Below, piece by piece: positions 17,552-27,203 of a stretch of 64,000 bases of DNA (its first letter is position 1; the number at the start of each line of letters is the position of its first letter). Source of the DNA: Oscillospiraceae bacterium (GTDB taxonomy: Bacteria > Bacillota > Clostridia > Oscillospirales > Oscillospiraceae). The stretch covers positions 36,062 through 100,061 of the forward strand of contig JAFXAW010000027.1 in assembly GCA_017522015.1 (NCBI GenBank). Reading direction: 5' to 3'. The notes under the pieces are model-generated. The model was given only the letters and a program-made list of their open reading frames with translations. It made no database searches and was not told the DNA's origin. Made by a program: the position numbers and the translations under genes.

Positions 17552-18385
17552 ATGAGAGAAATGCACTCTGAAGTTATTGCGCAGCGCGTTGCGGAGATGT
17601 GTATCCGCGCAAACACCGTCCTGCCGGAGGATGTGTGCGCAGCATTGGACGCATCAAGAGCGCGTGAGGACGGCATTGTCGCCCGGGACGTGCTCGACAC
17701 AATCATTGAAAATTACCACATTGCAAACCCCGTGCCGATCTGCCAGGACACCGGCATGGCCTGTGTATTCTTGGAAATCGGGCAGGACGTACACATTGTC
17801 GGCAATCTGACGCAGGCGGTAAATGCCGGCGTTGCAAAAGGCTATACGGAGGGTTATCTCCGCAAATCCGTCGTGCGCGACCCGCTCTTTCGCGAGAACA
17901 CGGGCGACAACACGCCCGCCATGCTCTACACGGAGCTTGTGCCCGGCGACAGCGTACGCATCACCGTTGCGCCCAAGGGCTTCGGGAGCGAAAACATGAG
18001 CCGCATTGCCATGCTCAAGCCCGCAGACGGCGTGGACGGCGTTGTGGATTTTGTGCTGGAAACCGTGCGTCTCGCCGGACCGAATCCCTGCCCACCCATC
18101 GTGGTCGGCGTTGGCATCGGCGGAAACTTTGACAAGGCGGCACTTCTGGCGAAAAAAGCCCTTCTGCGTCCCATCGGCAGCCGGAATGCGCAGCCTTATT
18201 ATGCCGAATTAGAAGACAAGCTGCTGGAAAAAATCAATGCGCTCGGCATTGGACCGCAGGGTCTTGGCGGACGTACAACCGCGCTCGGCGTGCAGATCGA
18301 AACGCTGCCCACGCACATTGCCGGTCTCCCCTGCGCCGTCAACATCAACTGCCACGTATCAAGGCATGTTACGGAGGTGCTGTGA
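17552..18385 (+). CDS. Fe-S type hydro-lyase alpha subunit (class I fumarate hydratase / tartrate dehydratase family)
   Basis: ORF 17372-18385. The real start is ATG 17552 (MREMHSEVIAQRVAEM...), 5 nt after the SBP stop. CQDTGMA motif. Confidence 0.85.
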   Translation: MREMHSEVIAQRVAEMCIRANTVLPEDVCAALDASRAREDGIVARDVLDTIIENYHIANPVPICQDTGMACVFLEIGQDVHIVGNLTQAVNAGVAKGYTEGYLRKSVVRDPLFRENTGDNTPAMLYTELVPGDSVRITVAPKGFGSENMSRIAMLKPADGVDGVVDFVLETVRLAGPNPCPPIVVGVGIGGNFDKAALLAKKALLRPIGSRNAQPYYAELEDKLLEKINALGIGPQGLGGRTTALGVQIETLPTHIAGLPCAVNINCHVSRHVTEVL

Positions 18386-18948
18386 TGCGTATTGAGATTG
18401 CAGCTCCCCTGACAAAAGAGACGGCCGCCTCGCTTCGAGCCGGAGACAGTGTGAGCATCAGCGGTGTGATCTATTCTGCGCGGGACGCAGCGCACAAGAA
18501 GCTTTGTGAACTGATTGAAAAGGGCGAAGCGCTCCCCTTCCCGATTGACGGCTCCGTAATTTATTATATGGGTCCCTCCCCTGCGCAGCCGGGCGCGGTG
18601 ATCGGGGCTGCGGGACCGACAACGAGCTACCGCATGGATCCCTACGCACCGAGGCTGCTCTCGCTCGGCAGCCTTGGCATGATTGGCAAGGGACGCCGCA
18701 GCGCAGAGGTAATCGAGGCGATGAAAAGCGCCGGCGCTGTCTACTTCGGCGCGGTAGGCGGCGCAGGCGCGCTGCTGCAGCGCTGCATCCGCAAGGCGGA
18801 AGTGGTTTGCTGGCCGGAGCTGGGCGCGGAAGCGCTTATGCGCCTTGAAGTTCACAGGCTGCCTGCAATCGTTATAATTGATTCGCTCGGATGCGACCTC
18901 TACAAAAGCGGACCGAGAGATTATCTGACGCAGCACGGAGGCGACTGA
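18382..18948 (+). CDS. Fe-S type hydro-lyase beta subunit (class I fumarate hydratase / tartrate dehydratase family)
   Basis: 188 aa with a 4-nt overlap with the alpha subunit. GVIYSARDAAHKK and GKG motifs are typical of the beta subunit. Confidence 0.85.
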   Translation: MMRIEIAAPLTKETAASLRAGDSVSISGVIYSARDAAHKKLCELIEKGEALPFPIDGSVIYYMGPSPAQPGAVIGAAGPTTSYRMDPYAPRLLSLGSLGMIGKGRRSAEVIEAMKSAGAVYFGAVGGAGALLQRCIRKAEVVCWPELGAEALMRLEVHRLPAIVIIDSLGCDLYKSGPRDYLTQHGGD

Positions 18949-18949
18949 A

Positions 18950-19948
18950 ATGGATTACAGATCTGATTCCCCGCAGATTCTTGTGGATTTTCTGACCTAT
19001 CACGAAACGATCCGCAGCCACTCCAAGGCCACCGTGGATGAATACTACCTCGATCTGCGCAATTTCCTGCGCTATCTCAAGATCCTGCGCGGCGCGGTGC
19101 CGAAGGACACGCCCTTCGAACAGATCACCATTCTGGATGTGGATGTGGACTTCCTCGGCAAGGTCACGCTCACGGAAGTCTATGCCTATCTTTCCTATCT
19201 CTCGCGTGACCGCGTGCGCAGTCAGCGCAGTCGCGTCGCGGAATACGGACTGAGCGCCTCCACGCGCGCGAGAAAAATCGCAACAATCCGGAGTTTTTAC
19301 CGTTATCTCTGCACCAAGGCGAAGCTGCTCAGCGAGAATCCCGTGCAGGATCTGGACTCCCCAAAGCTCAAAAAGGCGCTGCCGCGCTATCTGACGCTGG
19401 ATGAAAGTCGCGCGCTGCTGCAGGCGGTCGACGGGAAAAACGCCGAACGGGATTACTGCATTCTGTGTATCTTCCTCAACTGCGGTCTGCGCATCTCCGA
19501 AATCGTGGGGCTGAACATGCAGGATTTTCAAAGCGATCATCTGCGTGTGCTCGGCAAGGGCAACAAGGAGCGTATTGTATTTCTGAATGATGCAACAATC
19601 GATGCCATCAACGCGCATCTCGATCTGCGAAAGCTGGTCAAATCGCCGGACGGCAACGCCATGTTCCTCTCCAGCCGCAGAAACCGGATCAGCCGGGAAA
19701 CCGTGCACAGCATGGTCAAGAAAACGCTGCTCAAAGCGGGACTGGACAGCACGCAGTACAGCGCACACAAGCTGCGCCACACGGCAGCAACGCTGATGTT
19801 GCAAAACGGTGTGGATGTCCGCACGCTGCAGGAGGTTCTCGGACACGAAAATCTCAACACGACGCAGATTTATACGCACGTGGACGATGCTTCGCTGCGC
19901 ATCGCGGCGCAGTCCAACCCTCTCGGCAGCTTCAAGCCAAAAAAGTAA
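18950..19948 (+). CDS. tyrosine recombinase, XerC/XerD-like
   Basis: 332 aa. It has an N-terminal SAM-like core-binding domain. The catalytic region contains HKLRHTAAT and LGHENLNTTQIYTHV (R..HxxR..Y). It starts 2 nt after the preceding stop. Confidence 0.85.
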   Translation: MDYRSDSPQILVDFLTYHETIRSHSKATVDEYYLDLRNFLRYLKILRGAVPKDTPFEQITILDVDVDFLGKVTLTEVYAYLSYLSRDRVRSQRSRVAEYGLSASTRARKIATIRSFYRYLCTKAKLLSENPVQDLDSPKLKKALPRYLTLDESRALLQAVDGKNAERDYCILCIFLNCGLRISEIVGLNMQDFQSDHLRVLGKGNKERIVFLNDATIDAINAHLDLRKLVKSPDGNAMFLSSRRNRISRETVHSMVKKTLLKAGLDSTQYSAHKLRHTAATLMLQNGVDVRTLQEVLGHENLNTTQIYTHVDDASLRIAAQSNPLGSFKPKK

Positions 19949-19962
19949 AAGAAATGAACATA

Positions 19963-19998
19963 AAAAAGGCTCCGCCTGTTCACAGGTGGAGCCTTTTT
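19963..19998. terminator. bidirectional intrinsic terminator
   Basis: AAAAAGGCTCCGCCTGT pairs with ACAGGTGGAGCCTTTTT (one mismatch). It lies between convergent genes. Confidence 0.8.
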
Positions 19999-20017
19999 AC
20001 TTCTTATTGCCGCATGA

Positions 20018-21016
20018 TTAATATTTTCTTCCCTTTTTGATCTTTCGAACATCCGTTCCGAAGAAAATCAGATCCTGATATTCGCCCTCGAGACGTGATA
20101 CAATCTGCTCGGAATAGCGCCTGCGCAGTTCAGAAGAGCTGAGGTTTGTGCTGATGATCGTCGCCTTTCCGGAGGCAAGGCGCGTGTTGATCAGCGTATA
20201 GAGCGCAGTGGGCGCAAAACCGCCGGCCATCTCCGTTCCAAGATCGTCCAGGATCATCAGTTCGCAGCCGAGATAGCGGCGGACTTGCTCGTTTGCGCGG
20301 TCCTGTTCCTCCGGGCTGCGGGCAAATTTTTGGGCTTCAAAGTTCCCGATGCATGCGGCCGCCGTCTCATAGACGACGGAAAAGCCCTTTTCTGCCACGG
20401 TACGCGCGATGCAGGAGGACAAAAAGGTCTTGCCAAGTCCCGTGCCGCCCTGCATAAGCAGACTGTCCGCATCCGGGCGGAAATTCTGCGCATAAATGCG
20501 GCAAAAATCAAAAATCTTGCGCATGCGCGTGCGCGGCGCTTCCTTCATCCCCGGCTCCGCCTGATCGGAATAATAACTCAGATCAAAACGGTCAAAGTCT
20601 GCATCCGTAATATTAAGCATGTTGGAAAGCGACTTGCGCGCCTCGTCCCGATACAGCGTTTCCAAGCAGGAGCATATTTCTCCGTTCACATATCCCTTGT
20701 CGCGGCAGCGCTCGCAGGAAAATATCTCATCCAGATAGTTTTCCGACAGCCCGAGGCCAAGCAGCAGCATTCTGCGCCGCTGCTGAAGCTCCAGGCTGCG
20801 CTGTGCAATCGCGTCAATGGCAGCGCCAACGTCTCCGCCATGCTGCAAAGCCGTGAGCGCCGCTTTGGTAACAAGGCTACGCAGCTCTGCTTCCACGGTC
20901 CGCATCTCCGGCGCTTTGCCGTATACAACATCTTGCCGTCTGCGCAGTTCCTCTTCATTGGCAGAGACGCGCTGTTCAAGCCGCGCTTTTGCGCTTGCAA
21001 GCAGTTTTCCGTCCAT
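20018..21016 (-). CDS. helicase loader ATPase, DnaI/DnaC-like
   Basis: 332 aa. It has an N-terminal Cys cluster (CERCRDKGY..CSC) like the DnaI zinc domain. Walker A GGTGLGKT and Walker B LMILDDLG. Confidence 0.8.
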   Translation of the reverse strand: MDGKLLASAKARLEQRVSANEEELRRRQDVVYGKAPEMRTVEAELRSLVTKAALTALQHGGDVGAAIDAIAQRSLELQQRRRMLLLGLGLSENYLDEIFSCERCRDKGYVNGEICSCLETLYRDEARKSLSNMLNITDADFDRFDLSYYSDQAEPGMKEAPRTRMRKIFDFCRIYAQNFRPDADSLLMQGGTGLGKTFLSSCIARTVAEKGFSVVYETAAACIGNFEAQKFARSPEEQDRANEQVRRYLGCELMILDDLGTEMAGGFAPTALYTLINTRLASGKATIISTNLSSSELRRRYSEQIVSRLEGEYQDLIFFGTDVRKIKKGRKY

Positions 21017-21057
21017 ATCCTATCCTCCGGCTGCGCATTTTTCGCAGCATTTATAAT

Positions 21058-21990
21058 CTAACGCTTATCCTGTTTATAATGCTCGATCATGCGATCCAGC
21101 CGCGCCTGATAATCGTCCGGCTCCGTGCGTCCGTCACGTTTTGCAGCCGCTGCGCCGGAAGCCCCGCGCTTGTCCTTTTGCAAAATCTCCTCAACCGTAA
21201 GCAAGCCTTTTGCGTTCCAGCTGCGGATGATGGAGTCCATATACTTCCATTTCAGCGCGCCCGTGTTGGCAACAGTCCGGTCATACGCAAGCTCAATGGC
21301 TTCGGGCGAATAGCCCATATCCAGCCACTCGGCAATGTAGCGCTTCTCCGTTGGGCTGAGTGCACGGCCGACAAGTCCGAGCGCTGTGCGCACCTGCTGC
21401 ACGCCACGCTCCCTGATGTCCTGCCGGCGGATGTAATCCTCCGCAAGTTCCAGCGTCATAAGCTCACGGTTCACCCAAGCAAAGGCCTCACGCTCCACAG
21501 CGCGCATGGTCGGCCGTCTTCCCTCGCCGTAGCGCGCGGCATGCACCTCGGCGCAATGGTTCAGCAGAAGCAAAATAACCTCCGGCGGCAGACCGAGATG
21601 GTCATAGATGCCAAAGAGCGTGCGCAGCTCAGAAGCCGAAAGCAGATGCCCGAGCATCCACTGCGCCTCGTTAATCAGACTGCGGAAAACGGCATCCTCC
21701 CCGCCGCGTGCGGCGATTGCTTCCAGATCATACTCCGGCAGTTCCTCCGGCTGCGGCAGTGCATTTGCAGAGGCCGGAAAAGCTCCCATCGCGCGCAATC
21801 TGCCCGCGGCTTCGGCGATCTGTCCCTCGCTTCGCCCCAGCGACTTTGCCGCTGCGGAAAGCTCGAGAACACGCCCCGTGCTGCACAAATACAGATACAG
21901 AAGCGCGGCATCAGCGTCCTGCGCGCGCAGGATGCGCTCCACCTCGCCCACAGGCAGCTTCAATTGTAATGCTTCTCTCTGTCTATCCAT
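21058..21990 (-). CDS. DnaD-domain replication initiation protein (DnaB/DnaD-like)
   Basis: 310 aa. It contains the DnaD-type repeat (...YIAEWLDMGYSPEAIELAYDRTV...) and sits directly upstream of the loader ATPase, as in Firmicutes. Confidence 0.78.
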   Translation of the reverse strand: MDRQREALQLKLPVGEVERILRAQDADAALLYLYLCSTGRVLELSAAAKSLGRSEGQIAEAAGRLRAMGAFPASANALPQPEELPEYDLEAIAARGGEDAVFRSLINEAQWMLGHLLSASELRTLFGIYDHLGLPPEVILLLLNHCAEVHAARYGEGRRPTMRAVEREAFAWVNRELMTLELAEDYIRRQDIRERGVQQVRTALGLVGRALSPTEKRYIAEWLDMGYSPEAIELAYDRTVANTGALKWKYMDSIIRSWNAKGLLTVEEILQKDKRGASGAAAAKRDGRTEPDDYQARLDRMIEHYKQDKR

Positions 21991-22209
21991 ACGGAGCCTC
22001 GTTTACCCGCCGCGCTTTTCCGCGAAAACGGACAAAGCGCGGCTTTTCTGAGGCGATTATATCACAAAAAAGCTCTTGTAGCAATATGTCGCAATATGCT
22101 ATAATGAAATTTGCGTAAAAAAATAGCAGGTTCGCTGCAATTTCGTTACAAGACTCAGCCAGGATTTCTGCGAAAATGTATTTTGAACCGATGCGAGGTG
22201 AAGCAGACA

Positions 22210-24297
22210 ATGCTTGAATTGCTTTCTCACGTGGGCAGCGCGGAAGCTGTCCGTGCGGCAGTACAAAGCGGCGCTAACGCTGTATATGTTGGATTTGGCG
22301 AGTTCTGCACGCGCGGAAAGGCGCAGGGCTACACAGAAGAGGAATTTGCTGCCGCTGCGCGCTATTGCCGCGTGCGTGGCTGCAAGCTTTACTTTACGCT
22401 TGACACGCTCGTGAACGATGACGAGCTGGAAGCCGCCGTTGCTCTCGCCGTTAAGGCTGCAAAGTATGGCGCGGATGCCATTGTTTTGCAGGATCCGGGT
22501 TTGGTGTCCATCCTGCGCAAAGTTCTGCCCGACATGCCGCTGCACGGCTCCGTCCGGATGGACATTCACAGTCTTGCCGGCGTAAATGCTGCAGCAGAGA
22601 TGGGGCTCAGCCGCGTAATACTCGCGCCGGAGCTCAGCCGACATGAGATTGCGCATATTGCTGCAGCCTCCCCCATCGAGCTGGGTGTTCATGCGCATGG
22701 CGGACTTTGCGTATGTCATGCAGGACAGTGCTATATGTCTGCGCTGGTAAACGGAAGCAGCGACAATCGCGGCCAGTGCGCGCAGCCCTGCCTGCTTGAT
22801 TACAGCCTCGGCGGACGGATGGACGATCATCCGCTCAGCATGCGCGACAACTGTCTGGTGCAGCATCTCAAAATGATCGAGGATATCGGCATCCGTTGCG
22901 TGCTGCTTGACGGATTCGACAAGCGCGCGGAATATATCTCCATGGTCACGGGCATGTATGCGCAGGCCATGCGGGACGGAAAAGCACCGTCTGAGTCTGA
23001 GCTGGGGCAGCTTTGCGAAATTTTTACCCGTCAGGGTTTCACACAGGGGTATTTCAGCGGTGAGCTTGGAAAAGCCATGTTCGGCGTGCATGAATCTGGC
23101 GAAAAGGGCAACGGGCGTCTGCTTTTCAGCATTCGCCGCCGTTATGCAAACGCCGAGAAACGCCGCGTTCCCATTCGTATGCGTGCGCTCGTCCACGCGA
23201 ATAAGCCCGTGATTTTCACAGCAAAGGACGATCTCGGCAACAGTGTAATCGTGCGTGGAGACGCACCAGTTCCCGCAAACGGACAGCCCCTCACCGCCTC
23301 TGCGCTGCACGCGCAGCTTTACAAAACCGCCGGCACACCCTACCTCTGCACAGATGTGGAAAGCGATGTCCACAGCGGGCTTTCTGTTCCCGTTGCAGAG
23401 ATCAACAATCTTCGCAATCAGCTGCTTGCCAAGTTATCGGAAAAGCGTGCCGTACCGCCCGCACAGCGTGTCAGCCGTGCGCCGGAGTGCTTGTCCCCGG
23501 TGACAAGGCCGGAGGTACCGGAGCTGAACATTCAGATTTCCGATCTCTCTCAGCTCAGCCCGGAGCTCGCAGCGCTTTCCCCTACGCGGATCTATATCCC
23601 GTTGGAGCTGTTTTCCGATATTACCGGGGAATTGAACCCCTTTGAAAACGCAGACTGCGCCATTGTTGCGGTATTGCCGCGCATCATCCAGAGCCGCGAA
23701 GAGGCATCGATATCTGCCATGCTCTCGGCCTGTGCGCGTTTTGGCGTAAAGGAAGCGCTGCTCGGCAACCTCGGCCATGTGCTGTTCGCGCGCAAGGCCG
23801 GACTCGGCATCCGCGGGGACTTCGGCCTCAACCTCTGCAACAGCTATGCGCTCGATGTGGCGACACGTGCGGGCTTCCTTTCCGCAACCGCGTCCTTTGA
23901 GCTGCACATAGACCGGATCCGTGACATGTCCAAATCTCTGCCGCTTGAAATGCTTGCCTATGGACGCATACCGCTGATGATCACGGAAAACTGCATCATC
24001 CAAAACAGTTATGGTCAATGCAACTGCAAGAATCAGATCAACCATCTCACGGATCAGCAAGGCGCGGGTTTCCCTGTCCTGCCCGCTTTCGGCTGCCGCA
24101 ATCAGATCTTCCATGCGAAAAAGCTTTTCCTGGCGGACAAACCGGTGCTGTTCCGCAATTCGGGCGTGAGCGCCGCGCGGCTTCTGTTCACAACGGAGAG
24201 CGCACGCGAGTGCGTCGAGGTTACGAAAAGCTATCTCGGCATGTCGGACTACATACCAAACGGCATCACGCGCGGTGCGTATTTCCGCGGCGTATAA
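22210..24297 (+). CDS. peptidase U32 family protein (long form)
   Basis: ORF 22111-24297. Start placed at ATG 22210 (GAGGTG SD), MLELLSHVGSAEAVRAAVQSGANAVYVG. U32 signature E..VHAHGGLCVCHAGQC. Confidence 0.85.
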   Translation: MLELLSHVGSAEAVRAAVQSGANAVYVGFGEFCTRGKAQGYTEEEFAAAARYCRVRGCKLYFTLDTLVNDDELEAAVALAVKAAKYGADAIVLQDPGLVSILRKVLPDMPLHGSVRMDIHSLAGVNAAAEMGLSRVILAPELSRHEIAHIAAASPIELGVHAHGGLCVCHAGQCYMSALVNGSSDNRGQCAQPCLLDYSLGGRMDDHPLSMRDNCLVQHLKMIEDIGIRCVLLDGFDKRAEYISMVTGMYAQAMRDGKAPSESELGQLCEIFTRQGFTQGYFSGELGKAMFGVHESGEKGNGRLLFSIRRRYANAEKRRVPIRMRALVHANKPVIFTAKDDLGNSVIVRGDAPVPANGQPLTASALHAQLYKTAGTPYLCTDVESDVHSGLSVPVAEINNLRNQLLAKLSEKRAVPPAQRVSRAPECLSPVTRPEVPELNIQISDLSQLSPELAALSPTRIYIPLELFSDITGELNPFENADCAIVAVLPRIIQSREEASISAMLSACARFGVKEALLGNLGHVLFARKAGLGIRGDFGLNLCNSYALDVATRAGFLSATASFELHIDRIRDMSKSLPLEMLAYGRIPLMITENCIIQNSYGQCNCKNQINHLTDQQGAGFPVLPAFGCRNQIFHAKKLFLADKPVLFRNSGVSAARLLFTTESARECVEVTKSYLGMSDYIPNGITRGAYFRGV

Positions 24298-24411
24298 TGG
24301 GGCAACTGACTCCGCCGCGCGAAGCCACCCCGCCCGGTCACATTGTGATACAGCCGGAACATCGTTACGATTTGAAATAAGCGCAAAATATAAAGCAAGG
24401 TGAGACAAAAT

Positions 24412-25293
24412 ATGACAGTTACGGAATTGCTCAAAGGATATGTGTTGCTCGACGGTGCGACCGGCACAGAGCTGCAAAAGTGCGGCCTGCCGCTCGGCGC
24501 CTGCTCGGAGCTGTGGAATCTGGCGCATTCGGAGGCCATCATGGATCTGCAGCGCAGCTATGTGAACGCCGGCTCGCAGATCGTCTATGCCCCGACCTTC
24601 ACCGCGAACCGTCCCTCGCTGGAAAAGCACAGGGCGGACATTTTGGTTGCCGAGGCCAACGCAAAGCTTGTGTCGCTCAGCCGCGAGGCGGTTGGAGACC
24701 GGGCGCTTGTGGCCGGAGACATGTCCTCCTGCGGGCTGCAGATGGAGCCCTATGGCGAATCAAGCTATGAGGAGGTCGTGGATGTCTTCGCAGAGCAGGC
24801 CGCCGCGCTGGACGAAGCGGGTGTGGATCTCTTTGCCGTGGAGACGCAGATTTCCCTTATGGAGGCGAAGGCGACAGTTGAGGCAATCCGGCGTGTTTCC
24901 CAAAAGCCGATTTTTGTCAGCTTTGCCTGCGGCCCGACGGGAAAGAGCCTTTGGGGCGACGATCTCTCAGCCGCAGCGAGCGAGATGGAGTCGCTCGGTG
25001 TTTCGGCCTACGGCGTCAACTGCTGCGGCGATCTGGATATGTTGGTTTCTCTTGTTGGCAGCATTCGCAAGAGCTGCTCCCTTCCCATCATTGCAAAGCC
25101 AAACGCCGGCATGCCGGAGAATGTGGACGGGAAAACGCTCTACCGCATGACGCCGGAGAAGCTGTCTTCCTATGTTCCCGCGCTGCTGGACGCGGGTGCC
25201 ACGCTGCTCGGCGGCTGCTGCGGCACGACCGACGCACACATCGCCGCCATCCGGGACGCAATACGCGCGTATTCCGCCAACGCCGGAAAGTAG
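24412..25293 (+). CDS. homocysteine S-methyltransferase family protein (stand-alone Hcy-binding domain)
   Basis: ATG 24412 follows AAGGTGAG. LLDGATGTEL and the Zn-ligand motif LLGGCCGTT. Confidence 0.85.
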   Translation: MTVTELLKGYVLLDGATGTELQKCGLPLGACSELWNLAHSEAIMDLQRSYVNAGSQIVYAPTFTANRPSLEKHRADILVAEANAKLVSLSREAVGDRALVAGDMSSCGLQMEPYGESSYEEVVDVFAEQAAALDEAGVDLFAVETQISLMEAKATVEAIRRVSQKPIFVSFACGPTGKSLWGDDLSAAASEMESLGVSAYGVNCCGDLDMLVSLVGSIRKSCSLPIIAKPNAGMPENVDGKTLYRMTPEKLSSYVPALLDAGATLLGGCCGTTDAHIAAIRDAIRAYSANAGK

Positions 25294-25437
25294 TTAAAAA
25301 GCTTGGTTTTCGAATTGCTTTACTGGCATCGACAAGATGTTATTTTGCAGAAAGAAGTCGAAATATAGATTGACTTCTTTCGGCCAATGATATAGGATTG
25401 GCTTCGTACCTGCACAGGAAGGGTGGAAAATACAATT

Positions 25438-26643
25438 ATGTTCAAGCGGGGAAGTTTACGAAACACATTTATTGAAGGAAAGAATATCCGCTATTTTTTG
25501 ATTTCGCTGGTGATCACCGGCCTTTCCTTTGGCCTTTACAAGGGCATTTTGGATAACTTTCTGGCCGAAGTGGTACAGATGGGCGAGTTTGACCGCGGCG
25601 TCACGGAATTTTTCCGCGAGCTGCCCGGTGTGCTGCTGATCTTCATTTTGGCCGCATTCTATATGCTCTCGGCGGAGGCGCTGTTCAAGATGGGCGCGCT
25701 CATCATGCTCGTCGGCATGGGCATGCACGCCGTTCTGCCTCCGACCAAGGTGCTGGCAGTGCTTGCAATTGCCATCTATTCGCTCGGTGAACACATCCAG
25801 CTCGGCATGAAGAGCACACTGACGCTGGAATATTCCAGACCCGGTAAGGCCGGCGAAGCGCAGGGCGTACAGAGCGCCATTTCGCAGATCGGAACACTCG
25901 GCGGTTATCTTGTTGTCGTTCTGGTGTTCTCGCTCGTAACGCGCAACCAGCCCTATCAGGTTTTCTTCATCATCGCCGCTGTGCTGGCCGCGGTGAGCGC
26001 GTTCTACACGATGAAGATCAAGGGCAAAAGTGAAACCGACAAAAGCACCCAGCGTTTCTACTTCAAGAAAAAATATTTCAAATATTACATGCTTGAGCTG
26101 TTCTACGGCGCGAGAAAACAGGTGTTCATCACCTTTGGCCCCTATGTTCTGATCCTGTTCTACGGCGCGAAGACAGAGGTCATCAGCCTTCTGTTTGCGC
26201 TGTGCGCGCTGATCGGCTTCTTCCTTGCTCCGCTCGTCGGCAAGCTGATTGACAAAATCGGCTATAAGAAGATCATGGTCGCCGATACGCTGATCCTCGT
26301 GATCGTGTGCGCATGCTATGGCTTTGCGCATCACATTCTGCCAATGAATATCGCTTTCATCGTCTGCTGCGTGAACTACATCCTTGATGCAACCATCTCC
26401 ATGGCATCCATGGCCACGAACGTATACGTGAAGGATCTGGCAGATAATCAGAACGAGGTAAAAGCCACGCTCTCCACCGGTGTTTCCATTAACCACGTTG
26501 TCAGCATCCTCATCGCGCTCTTCGGCGGCTGGATCTGGAAAGCGCTGGGCATTGAGACGCTCTTCATCATCTCTGCAGCTCTAGGTCTTTGCAACAGCGC
26601 CTATGCTGCGACGATTAAGGTTAAAAACAAAAAGAGCGCTTAG
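25438..26643 (+). CDS. MFS transporter
   Basis: ORF 25423-26643, with ATG 25438 preferred. About 12 hydrophobic segments. Confidence 0.8.
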   Translation: MFKRGSLRNTFIEGKNIRYFLISLVITGLSFGLYKGILDNFLAEVVQMGEFDRGVTEFFRELPGVLLIFILAAFYMLSAEALFKMGALIMLVGMGMHAVLPPTKVLAVLAIAIYSLGEHIQLGMKSTLTLEYSRPGKAGEAQGVQSAISQIGTLGGYLVVVLVFSLVTRNQPYQVFFIIAAVLAAVSAFYTMKIKGKSETDKSTQRFYFKKKYFKYYMLELFYGARKQVFITFGPYVLILFYGAKTEVISLLFALCALIGFFLAPLVGKLIDKIGYKKIMVADTLILVIVCACYGFAHHILPMNIAFIVCCVNYILDATISMASMATNVYVKDLADNQNEVKATLSTGVSINHVVSILIALFGGWIWKALGIETLFIISAALGLCNSAYAATIKVKNKKSA

Positions 26644-26716
26644 CGCGTATCCCTGCCGCTGCGTACACTGACAAATGCAAAGCTTACGCAGGGTTCATAC
26701 AGTTCATAAACCATTC

Positions 26717-26757
26717 GAAAGTCCCGGATACGCATCGCGTATCCGGGACTTCTTTCT
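26717..26757 (+). terminator. intrinsic terminator
   Basis: GAAAGTCCCGGATACGC pairs with GCGTATCCGGGACTTC around a 3-nt loop, followed by TTTCT. Confidence 0.8.
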
Positions 26758-26864
26758 GCGCTGCATACAAGCCCGCCCCTCCCGTCCAATCCCACACTCC
26801 CCTGCCGCGCGGCATGAAACAACTGACTGCGACATATAGATGTAACAGTCTTTTGTTTGGAGTG

Positions 26865-27119
26865 GTGCATTTGAAACAGGATATAGAGGAGCGCGCCGTG
26901 CAGCTCGCGGAATACATCATCGCGCACAAGGCCACCGTGCGATCAGCAGCAAAACACTTCGGCGTGAGCAAAAGCACCGTACATAAGGACATCACCGACC
27001 GTCTTGAGACAATCGACCGCGAACTGTTCCAAAGAACAAAGCGCATCCTTGACCAAAACAAAGCCGAACGCCACATCCGGGGCGGTCTCGCGACAAGAAA
27101 GAAATACCGTGGCGCATAA
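26865..27119 (+). CDS. spoIIID: sporulation transcriptional regulator SpoIIID
   Basis: FGVSKSTVHKDITDRL and HIRGGLATRKKY match SpoIIID closely. The true start is probably a non-ATG codon (GTG 26865 or TTG 26871, after GGAG) rather than ATG 26814. Confidence 0.88.
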   Translation: MHLKQDIEERAVQLAEYIIAHKATVRSAAKHFGVSKSTVHKDITDRLETIDRELFQRTKRILDQNKAERHIRGGLATRKKYRGA

Positions 27120-27143
27120 GCAGGCGCCGCAGCGATGGATTAA

Positions 27144-27175
27144 ATGCGCCGCAGCAAACAAGTGCTGCGGCGCAT
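27144..27175. terminator. GC-rich hairpin between the convergent spoIIID and phosphoketolase genes
   Basis: A 13-bp perfect stem pairs ATGCGCCGCAGCA with TGCTGCGGCGCAT. The flanking U-tracts are weak. Confidence 0.55.
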
Positions 27176-27203
27176 GATCATTTTCAGTGGCAAGCAGCAA
27201 GCT

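Noticed and set aside
18950-21990. Tyrosine recombinase plus DnaC-like ATPase plus DnaD-domain protein read as a prophage or ICE integration/replication module.
   Set aside because: There are no phage or conjugation genes nearby, and the composition matches the flanks. The loader has a DnaI-type zinc N-domain and the usual Firmicute chromosomal DnaD-domain/DnaI pairing. The recombinase is co-oriented with metabolic genes rather than sitting at an island edge. I cannot exclude a prophage or ICE origin without comparative data.
26790-26850. A sigma-E-like promoter upstream of spoIIID (GCATGAA ... CATATAGA).
   Set aside because: It resembles the Bacillus sigma-E consensus only loosely, and the spacing is uncertain. 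That is too weak to list as a feature.
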